A stretch of 64,000 bases of DNA from assembly GCF_006345805.1 (NCBI RefSeq), contig NC_043005.1:60388001-60452000 (forward strand), given 5' to 3'. Shown one piece after another: positions 53,036 through 64,000 of the stretch (positions are counted from its first letter, which is position 1; each line of letters opens with the position of its first letter). The DNA is from Octopus sinensis (lineage: Eukaryota). Below the pieces are notes generated by a model. The model ran no database searches. It saw nothing but the letters and a program-made list of their open reading frames with translations, and was not told the DNA's origin. A program made the position numbers and the translations under genes.

Positions 53036-54611
53036 AAACAATAACACAGAAGTAGTGAGGTTCACAAACAGCTGTTTCAGACCTGTAACACTTTGGAATC
53101 ATTTAAAAGGGATAGGAGCTTTTTTCTTTTTTTTTTCTTTATCCTTTTTCTCCCCGTTATTTGTCTTTATTTTTCTTCTACTTAAGTCCCTTAAACATGT
53201 TGATTAATTTATTACCGTGCATATTTAACATTGAAATAGCACTTCGTATTTGCTCTCTCAGCTGTAACCGTGATAAGGGGTTCACTACTCAATATATACA
53301 TTTTGTGTGAAAAATCCTAAATTTTACACTTAATTCACCTGAAGAAAACGATGTTTACTTCTTACATGATATTGTTTCGTTCATTAATATAGAATATATC
53401 TAAAACAGTCTGTAGTCAACCTCAGCCCATCTGTGTTATTAATTATGCTTCACCACACTCGAATGCCTCTCAGTGTTGCCTCTTGGGCCTATGGTGAACT
53501 GTGGAATTGTATTGTATTGGCATCCTTTCTGTCTCGGGAGACAATGGAGTTGCGCATGTTTGTCTTTTTTTTTTCTTTTTTTGTAGTCTAGAACGGCTTT
53601 TATAATTCATGTACTGATACATTCCCTGCTGTGGCTGTGTAGTCCTATCCTGGACAAACACTCCCTCTGGCAGGTACCGCAAATGTAGCGAAGACTGTTC
53701 CTGGCTGGTTGTAGTGCCATAGTCTCTTGTTTACGTCTCTTCCTTTCTTTCCATTTCTCCTCTCTCTCTCTCTCTCTCTCTGTCACTCTTTTGTATTCCC
53801 TCTTTTACTGTACGTCGAACTGTGGAATTATACTTCTATGTGACATTCCGTTGTGTATTTGGTCAATACTTGTGAATGTATGCTTAAATACAAGGACAAA
53901 TCCGTATTTATTTTTGTAAGAACAGGAGTGTCTGGACACATTGTTAGTGCACAGGTACGCTACACTGGTGCCATTGTCATTTAAATACCTTGATTCCACC
54001 GGATCCTGGATATTTTATAATATATGCATACATTCACACACACACACATACACACACACACACGCACTTTTTCATTTCCTCTGTTACACACACAAATACG
54101 TATTTAGTTAGAAAAGAAAATAGTATGTGAGAGTTAATTAGTGTGTTCGTGTGTTCGTGTGTGCCTATACGCGCGCATGTGTGTGTATATGTGAACTTCC
54201 ATTCACCACAGTATTTTTGGTTTCGCTTTTATTAACTTTTTTGCATAAAAAGTAGAAATAAGGAGAAAATATATTCTTCTCAATATTGTCAATACTCTTA
54301 AATGCATATGTATCTATATTAATTAGATGTTTTAAATTCTTAATCGTCAAGTACACTAACACATATGTTTGAATTCACTGTGACATGCATGTATTTGTCC
54401 GCCGGATATATCCTTTTATTAACACCTCGTTCTTCTATTCCTAATCCGCTGTCTCCTTGATTTTCTCTCCGTGTCTGCATAGCGTTCTTTTAATCTTAGA
54501 CTAACAGGAAGCCGTAATCATGTGCGTCTTATGTCGAGTCTCCATTCAAACTTCTCTTTCAGTACTATATAAAGCGTGACTTGTTAAATCATTCAGCCAT
54601 CATAAACATAA

Positions 54612-54675
<64 letters not shown>

Positions 54676-55132
54676 TTGTTATTATGAAAAAGTGTCGTAA
54701 GTCCAAATCAGTGATTTTTCAGAAAATGAAAATTTAGTTCCACATTTCCTTAGAAATTCGTTGTAATATACTTGGACAAGTTTGGATATCTTGGTTTCTG
54801 AGGTAGCTGGAGATACGACAGTATAACCAAAATAACTGGCTATTGCAAGCAAAGATAATATTGAGAGAAAAAACACGCATTTGGCCGAATTTGATCCCAA
54901 TTTTTATTTTGCTACGTATGGGAGCAACTGTCTTCGGAGATTCATGTTGTCGTTTAATACTCAAGATGTGAAGTAGGTAGAAAGCAGACATCTGATGAAG
55001 GGCCATTCTTTATGTTACTTGTCTTGTTTTCCATTTGTTTCTCTCACTGCTTTCGTATTGAACGCATTTGTTTTCTTATGTCATGTTGTTTACTGTTGGT
55101 GAAGTCCTGTACGCATATATGCATATATATGT

Positions 55133-55305
55133 ACATCACCCCTAATATCTGGCTACCTAATTCCCCAGACTCCAACCCCGCTTGATTAATATGTGTGGGA
55201 CACAGTTGAGCGGGAGACCAACAAAATTTCTTGTAACACCAAAGACGAGCTAAAGACAAGGAGTATGGCTGCATTCACCAACCTAAACAAGGAGACCGGT
55301 GCCTT
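55133..55305 (+). mobile_element. maT/DD37D-like transposase fragment (family of 32227-32809)
   Basis: ITPNIWLPNSPDSNP...acagttgagcgggagaccaacaaa...aacaccaaagacgagctaaag. Confidence 0.75.
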
Positions 55306-55539
55306 TGTTGAGTAGTATATTTTTATTTATTAATATATTAGCTTTAGGCGTGAAAGTGCTTGTTTTACCACAGAAATAATTAAAACCGAAAAAATATATG
55401 AATACCTATCGGCCGCAATAAGCCGCAATATACTGAGGAACCTCCTTTTTAAATTTACATATAATAGCCAGAAAAATCTGCGATGTACTGAGAGCGCGAT
55501 AACTTGTTTAATGCAGAAAGAGTGTTACTCCTGCCGCAC

Positions 55540-55623
<84 letters not shown>

Positions 55624-56086
55624 GTGCAAATACAGATATGAAATGCGATCTGAGGATCGGCAATGTGGCACCATCATGACCATAGATTTAAAGATTCAAA
55701 TACCGGAATGAGCAGAGCATTCTCTCTTCATTAGCCGCATGGGGCTAAGACTACACTCACATATAGTAGCTGAAGGTACATAGGTGGCATATGTGCGAGG
55801 ACTGCTAGATCAAGTGATTTCAATGCACAGCGGCAATCTTCACTGATGTCGGGAATAGGCTGCAGGCTATTTAATGAATAAATGTCAGCGACAGTGTCGG
55901 TATTACTACCGAAATACAATCCCCATATCCTACATCATGTAGACATATTTTACTATGCTAAATATTGCGGAATTCGTCATCGTGCTGCATCAACTTTAAG
56001 TAGGGCATAAAAACTGTCAATTTTTGTATATATCAATATAAATATAAAGATATATCTACGAATATATAGCACATAGATGCATGTAC

Positions 56087-56188
<102 letters not shown>

Positions 56189-56236
56189 CAGAGAAGAGAG
56201 AGAGATACAGAGAGAGAGACAGAGAGAGACAGAGAG

Positions 56237-56289
<53 letters not shown>

Positions 56290-56750
56290 TACATGCATAC
56301 TTTTATATATGAATATGTGTGTGTGTTTGTCTATCTGTGTGACCGACATTGTGCGTGTGATTTTTTAAGTGTTTATATAACATAAAATTATAATTATTAT
56401 CATATTTTCTTAAAATGGCGAAATTTTTACGAGATATGTATGCAAATTATCAATTTATATATCTCTTCTTTATACAACGTGTTATCAATCTATGTATCAA
56501 TTAATTTTGAACTGCTCTTTTCTCTGGCAATCGTGTAAACAATTTGAATACTAAAGTGAATATGAACCTATATAATTGGACTAGTGTTGGTTAAGTGGAA
56601 GCAGATGATAGCGTATTATTATTCTCACACCGACTCAGCCACATTGCGTCATGCATATTCATAAGAATATTAAAACTTATTCATGTGATTATATATATCC
56701 GTGTTTATAGATATATGTATATCACTAAATGTGTGTGTATACATACGTAT

Positions 56751-56818
<68 letters not shown>

Positions 56819-56935
56819 ATATGCCTATGTAAATGCAAACACGTACGTACTTACATATACATGTTCATATAGAAATATTTATACATATATATGATCAAGT
56901 ATATGTGTCAATGTAGACATATGTATATATGCATG

Positions 56936-57005
<70 letters not shown>

Positions 57006-58351
57006 GATAGAGAGAGAGAGAGAGAGAGAGATCAGGAGGTGTATGTTCGTCGTATGTATGTGAGCTACCTAGCGTCGCATAAAAATTTAATCATGCTTTA
57101 TTATTTCCAATTATCCTTCACGTACATCAAACTTAGAAGATTTATGTTACTACATCCTGTTATTAATGTCAATATAAAAAAAGTTTCAGCGTTTATTTAC
57201 ATATGTTTTTATGCACAGTATATATACCTTAACTTGTTGTAGACTTTTAGTGGCTATTTGTCTGTCTTTGTGGTATTATTTTAGACTACCTATTCAGTTT
57301 ATTGCAGTTCACACGCTCTCCCTCTTACGTGTTTCTGGACGTTGACCACTAACCAATTTTCTTCGCCTCATTATCAACAAAATTATTTTTAAGCTGTTTA
57401 CCACCTCTTTGCTCTTGTTATTATGTTCGTGTTTCGTAGATACAAAATTGTTTCCTCAGTACTACCGACAACTCTTGGAATTGTTCTCCCCAAAAATTTA
57501 TATTAACCAGAACGCCCTTGGTTGAAGATATATGAACGCACTTAGTTTACGATACAAGCTAAGGACGTCTGTGCATTATGATATTAACTTCCTCCTATAA
57601 TAAAATTATCTCACATTAAACGATTCATCAATCTTCCATGTTCGAAACAAGCTTACAAATGACAAAGTTTTTGTAATAGATTCATTATATTCAAAATTAA
57701 TTCAAAAAGGCAGTGCATTTCAACAGAAACAGGATAATAGTAATATTGCATCTCCACTTAGAGCTCTCATCCGGAAATTACGGGAGTAAATTTGTAAACT
57801 TTTATCATAATTATACTCAACCATTTGAATAGATTCAAAGTACCCAAAAAATATTTGGAATATTCAATTTGCATTATTCATTTTCGGATATAGGTACATA
57901 GTTGTAGCATGTGATAAACTACCTAAATTTTAAGCAACAAATAACTGCGTATTTTGTTCCAAATACAATTTGAATAAATGATGTTTTTCTTTTACCTTAT
58001 GCATTTTGAATTTAAGTTGAGAAATCATTGATAATTTTATGGCTTTGTCAGCTATTGTTCCATGCACTGCATATCTATTTCATGCAATATTTTAATATAG
58101 TCTTTATTATGCTTGTATAATGGAGACTATAGATTATATGCAGTCGAACAACTTAAAATGTACGACGGATTTGTCATTTCCAACAGTAGTGAAACCATTA
58201 CTTATTTATTAACAGTGCTTCACTTCATCATATTAACATCATAGCAAATAAGTACATACAAACAAGTAAATTTACATATATAAATGTCTTTCAGTTTATA
58301 TATCTATCTCTATGTGTGCAATTACACGCTCACACACACATATAAGAATGA

Positions 58352-58437
<86 letters not shown>

Positions 58438-58639
58438 TGCTGGTGCAAGAATAGGTGCACTTTTCAATGTAATTCAGCATTGAAACAATCATCAAAGTAT
58501 AAATTGTATGTAATTATAATGATTAAAATCTACATATGCTTACCATGAAGAAGAAATCTACTTCTTACGATAGGAGGGGATTCTTTATTCCTGAGATCGA
58601 TAAACTTTTCAATGCTATTCGAAGCTGTTGCTTGTTTAC

Positions 58640-58880
58640 AGAGTTCTGTATTTTGCAACGGTTAAATGAGACGCCTCGGAAAGAAAATTCGTAAGGTATT
58701 TTACTTCGTTATGAATCTCAGCAGTTCTCCATAGCACCACATTTATAATGTGACATATTTTTGCTGACCATCCTGTCGTCAAACGATTGCTTGATAGTGT
58801 TTTCCGTTGTCCTGTATTACATTTATAACACATAACTTAAATTCGGCCGACCATTTTTGCATCTAACTCCATGGCTGAAC
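58640..58880 (-). mobile_element. Highly degraded mariner N-terminal fragment
   Basis: 'QKWSAEFK' HTH-like motif; weak beyond that. Confidence 0.4.
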
Positions 58881-58944
58881 GCTTCCATTCTTGTTTTGTA
58901 TTTAATTCACAGGCACAAAAGATGTATATGTATCTATATATATA

Positions 58945-59349
58945 TTCTTTTTATTCTTTTTTCTTTTATTTGTTTCAGTAATTTGACTGCAGCAATGCTG
59001 GATCATCGCCTTTAGTCGAACAAATCGACCCCAAGAATTATTCTTTGTAAGCCTAGTATTTATTCTATCCGTCTCTTTTGACGAACCGCAAAGTTTCGGG
59101 GACGTAAACACACCAACATCGGTTGTCAAGCTATGGTGGAGGGACAAACACAGATACACAAACATACACACACACACACGCATATATACGACGGGCCTCT
59201 TGCATTTTCCGTCTACCAAATCCACTTACAAAGATTTGGTCGGCCCTAAGCTATAGTAGAAGACACTTGCCCAAGGTTCCACGCAATGGGACCGAACCCA
59301 GAACAATCTGATTGGCAATCAAGCTATTTAGCACACAGCAACTCCTGTG
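58945..59349 (-). mobile_element. Full-length SINE (10087 family)
   Basis: Reverse complement of head, microsatellite linker and tail are all present. Confidence 0.88.
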
Positions 59350-59890
59350 ACTGTGAAGTTATAAGTCTGAATGGATAGGGGAGTAAAGACTGTGTTACAA
59401 CTGCTCAATTCGGAGAGTGTGGTATTTTCCAATTGACCAGCAGGTACATTTCAGCTTTGGCATTCAACGGTGCAGTGGAGTTCGTAGATCTGTAAAGGAT
59501 CTGTGAACTTGGTATCATGCGATGAAAATAATTCAGAAATCATTTTATAACACGTTCGGTGCATTCAAGCTATCTTCAAGCTTTACCTACTTGACATAAC
59601 AATCTATAACAGGACGCTAGAATATGAAAAAAATACTAGAAAAGGGGATAAGAATGTAGATATTAAAGGTGGAAGGTTGAAAATACCCAAAAATGAAATG
59701 GTAAAAAGAAAAAGTGAAAAAAGGAAAAAATTGATTTATGTCCCCTTTGACTGTAAAATAAGTCTGAATAGATAAGGAACTATAGTCTGCGTTACAACTA
59801 CTCAAGTCGGAGAGTGTGGTATTTTCTTATTTCATGTTTAGAGTTCAACAGTGAGTGCAAACATAGACACAAAGGCACAGAAACGCAAAC

Positions 59891-59952
<62 letters not shown>

Positions 59953-59967
59953 AAATATATATGAATG

Positions 59968-60185
59968 TATTTGTCTTTGTGTCTATGCTTGTCACCACCT
60001 CCTCTTGAGAAACGGTGTTAGTATGTTTACATCCTTATAATGTAGTGGTTGGTTTGGCAAAAGCGACCAGTAGATAAGTATCAAGTTTTAAAAAAAATTA
60101 CTTGGGTGGATTTGGTTAAAGAAAATTCTTCAATATGTTGCCTCAGCATGGCCGCGGTCTAATGACTGAAAAAAAAGGAAAAGAT
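59968..60185 (+). mobile_element. Diverged SINE 3' half
   Basis: gtttggcaaaagcgacc..gataagta...cagcatggccgcggtctaatgactgaa. Confidence 0.7.
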
Positions 60186-60715
60186 GAGACATTTACATAT
60201 TTGCATAATTACTTATGGAAGATGTACCCTCATGAATAACTACTTTCCTCAGTTTCTGATACGGTCTCACGTTTGTAACAACACAAAAGTCGCGTAGTAG
60301 TTATCACACACACACATACACACACACAGTACACACGCGTGCGAGCAGATATGCAGGCATACAATGAGTAATTTTCGTCTTCGCGTATTTTCTTACATGT
60401 GAACGCAATTTAAGATTTTGTCCTTGTCATACAAAGAATGGATGAATAATAAAATCCATATCATGCCGGCTGCAATTAGTACACATGCATTTGTAAAGTG
60501 ACATGAAACACATCGTCTTTGAAGTCAGCTAAGAGCCTGTAGTCTAGCATTTGGTTTGCAGATGCTCTTTCATTATAGCCGATTCTATACACGCTCACAA
60601 GTATATGTAAAGAGAGAGAAAAACATGCATACGTATATGCATATATACATATATACATAGATGTCTACACACATATATATAAGTACGTTTATATAAATAT
60701 GTGCGTATATATAAT

Positions 60716-60746
<31 letters not shown>

Positions 60747-61249
60747 ATATATATATACACACATACATATATACATGTATACATAAATATATACATACAT
60801 ACAAACACATATATATATATTTGTATGTGTGTATATATTTGTATAGGTATGTATATAACACACATTCATAGGAAAATGGAGAGAGCCGGTGATGTGATTC
60901 TTTGTATTTTCTTATATGCATGGCATTTCTTGAGAGGAACCTATTTGTAGAGTAGTTTCATATAGGAATTTCTATTATCATCCGTATTTCTTTGATCTTT
61001 GACCGTGGATGCATTGTTACATCCTCATAACTGAAGAGATGATTTTAGATGCCTTTGGTCATTGAGCCTTCACAGTATCAGCATCATTGTTGATTTAGGA
61101 GCCACATCTTACAACCTGTGTGTTTATAGTGTGTATTCTACTCGTGAGTGTCCAAATTATGACTGCTAGGAAAGAAAACGATGTATTTAAACGTTCATTC
61201 ATATCTAGAGAGTGGTAATATTATCATTATCTCCGCATTATATTTCTAT

Positions 61250-61900
61250 TATTCAGTATCCTGCAGCCGATATGACGTCTTGCTGTTCATAGACAGTCTG
61301 AAAAATCGCTGGTTCGCTTTCCAACAAACAGTACCACAATCTTTATGGCTATTTCCAACTGATTTGCCTCCGTGCACTTTCCATTCTATATTACCTACCC
61401 ACCTTAGAATCTGCCTGGAATTGTACATAAAATCAGCAATAGTAGTTTTTGAACAATTAAAAATACACGTCAAGTTACCCTTTCGTGACCTGTGTCTGTT
61501 CGTTGCTTCTTGGAATAGAAGTTGCTCATAAGCGTATTTCATCGCAGCGTGTAGTGTCCGAATTCGTAATGAGTTCCAGTCTGAAGATCTTATGATGATG
61601 GTGTCATATTCATAAAGTCACTTTTAGATTAGCTTTCACCCTCTGGTCAACATATGCACTTTCTTCTTTCTCTGTCGCTACTAAGGCTACAATCATGGCT
61701 GTTATTCCTCGCTGGTTTCATGCGAAATCGCCTCAAAATTGTTTTCGCTTCAACGTCTCTCATCACATTCGTCTTGTCCAAAATTCGTCCAAAATTCCAC
61801 TGAAGTGTTTCCCACCGGTACGGAATTGCAAAAGTTCAATAGGAACATTATTGGGCACTAATCACTCTAGCCTAGGAGGGCCAACATGAGAAACAGACAC
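61250..61900 (-). mobile_element. Possible degraded APE-endonuclease region of an RTE-like LINE
   Basis: 'DTIIIRSSDWNS' (cf. GDFN motif) and 'RSRKGNLTCIF..TIADFM'; many frameshifts; weak. Confidence 0.3.
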
Positions 61901-62429
61901 TGTTCCGTCAGCTAGATACATCAAGTGAAATATATACCATTCTTTGCGTCCGCTCACGTAGTCTACTGCCTCTTAGACACTTAAATCATATATATGTATA
62001 TATATATTTCTTTCATAGTCCATCTTTCTGCACATGATAACAAAGCATATATCACCTATACATAACAAGAAAATCATATCATAGCACATCTCTACACACA
62101 AATAAATTATGTAATATTGCGATACGATTTTAGGCTTAATAATTTCTGGTTATCTCAGATAATCTTTCGTGACAACTTCTCATAAATAGCATTACGAAAG
62201 GCAACTCTAAAAACTAAAATGAATTCTTGTTCATTACCATAATTTACGTCAGGCCTGATCAGAATTCTATCCTCCACAGCGTGCAGTATTGCCCATCGTT
62301 GATGTAATCGTATCACGTATCTAGTAAAGGACCGCGACGTACACAAACATCCTAAAATTCATATAAAAGATCCTTCCACTGACTGGCAAGATGTAATTTT
62401 CGAAAGGCCTGCGGCTGCTATTGCTGCTC

Positions 62430-62438
62430 CTGTTGCTG

Positions 62439-62514
<76 letters not shown>

Positions 62515-62760
62515 CGCTGCTGCTGTTAATACAAATTGTATACAAATACTACTAATACTACTACAATTGTTTCCGCAACATCATCTACTGATGCTACCAC
62601 AGCTACTGCTACTATTGCTGCTACTGCACTTTTTACTACTACTACTACTACTACTACTACTACAACAACAAATAGTACTATAACTACAGCGCTCTGACTG
62701 TTGCTGTTACTGCTGTTGGTACTACTATTACCACTGCTGCTACTGTTGCTATCTCCTGAG
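62430..62760. repeat. (CTA)n/(CTG)n microsatellite region
   Basis: Direct; another at 63935-64000. Confidence 0.95.
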
Positions 62761-63245
62761 CTCAATATTTCTCTTTTCCTTTCTTTGGGCAGCGGTTTAA
62801 GCAGAGAGTGATGTTGTTATACCCATGAAACCCTAGAGCTGCATAAGAGGTGAGAGGAAATCGAGACAGGAATAACAACACTTCGCTTAACGCGGAATGA
62901 AATAAAGCCTCAAGTCAACGAGATTTTCTCTGGTTCGAACAAATTGGTTCTTTTAACACACTCCATATATTCTTGCATTGTAGACTGCCTTCTAAACTCG
63001 TCTGCACTCCTCCATCGTACTGCTTACTGTTTCATCTTAAGTCAATTCCTGTAGACAGTTGAATTTAAAATAAAATGGTAAAAGTGTATACCGAGTGCAA
63101 AGATAAGAAATGTAGCGTTTATGACAAAGGAACAGCAGTATTTTCTAGGGATGCAGTATGCAAGAACAAAATATTGTTTAATAGGATCTATATGTGAAAT
63201 AAAAATTTGAGATTACTTGACATTCGTAAAACTGCCTAAGTCAAT

Positions 63246-63375
63246 GTTTCTATCCACTCGCTAAGCTTTGATCGGATCGAGTCTATAATAGAAGACACTT
63301 GCTCAAGGTGCCTCGCGATGGGACTGAACCCAGAGATATGTGATTGACAAGCAAGCTTCTTACCACACTGCAACT
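63246..63375 (-). mobile_element. SINE 5' fragment (10087 family)
   Basis: agaagacacttgctcaaggtgcctcgcgatgggactgaaccc. Confidence 0.8.
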
Positions 63376-63387
63376 ATTCTCTTTTTG

Positions 63388-63625
<238 letters not shown>

Positions 63626-63932
63626 TATATATATATATATCCTTCAATTTTGCAGCGTGGCTATAATTATAGATTATCGCAATAATATATTCTACAGTAC
63701 TATTGCATTTATTGTTCGTGATGTTGCTAGAATATTTGTTGGAAATCTACCTCGTGGATGTTGTATAGATCGCTAAAAACCTAGCTACAATGAAATGTGA
63801 CTTCAATGGCTTCTGTTGATGGATTTTTCTACTCACCGTACTCAATCGCATTTTTATTTAATTTTCATTTAAAAAAAACTATTGATGTATTTCTCGAACT
63901 GTGAATAATAAAGGCAATAATAGTAGTTATAG

Positions 63933-63988
<56 letters not shown>

Positions 63989-64000
63989 TTACTGCAACTA

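Noticed and set aside
54990-55015. CTGATGA half-motif
   Set aside because: No downstream helix II or GAAA is present.
59363-59827. ~70-bp diverged direct repeat (59363-59430 / 59760-59827)
   Set aside because: It is real but short and old; there is no evidence of function or of a mobile-element boundary.

Overview
This is AT-rich, microsatellite-dense eukaryotic non-coding DNA. The SINE families and the (TA)n/(TAGA)n/(TAA)n load suggest a cephalopod (Octopus-like) genome; this is inference, not verified. No host gene can be firmly identified, only a few weak exon candidates. Recognisable content is transposon-derived: two Penelope-like (PLE) retroelements, a CR1/L2-type LINE, two R4/Dong-type REL-LINE fragments, several Tc1/mariner remnants and many tRNA-derived SINEs. 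One PLE is a young head-to-head fold-back copy with a 333-codon open RT-C-terminus + GIY-YIG frame. The most striking unexplained structure is a set of short (about 200-400 bp) units, mostly embedded in (TA)n tracts and often folded back into long palindromes, that carry minimal type-I hammerhead ribozyme (HHR) motifs. About ten distinct motifs can be folded by eye. Their cores include canonical C3-G8 and apparent U3-A8, G3-C8, U4C and A6U variants, and some have a very long helix II. There is also a near-identical direct duplication of about 1 kb, each copy ending in an HHR unit. All folds and alignments were done by eye; none was computed or searched.
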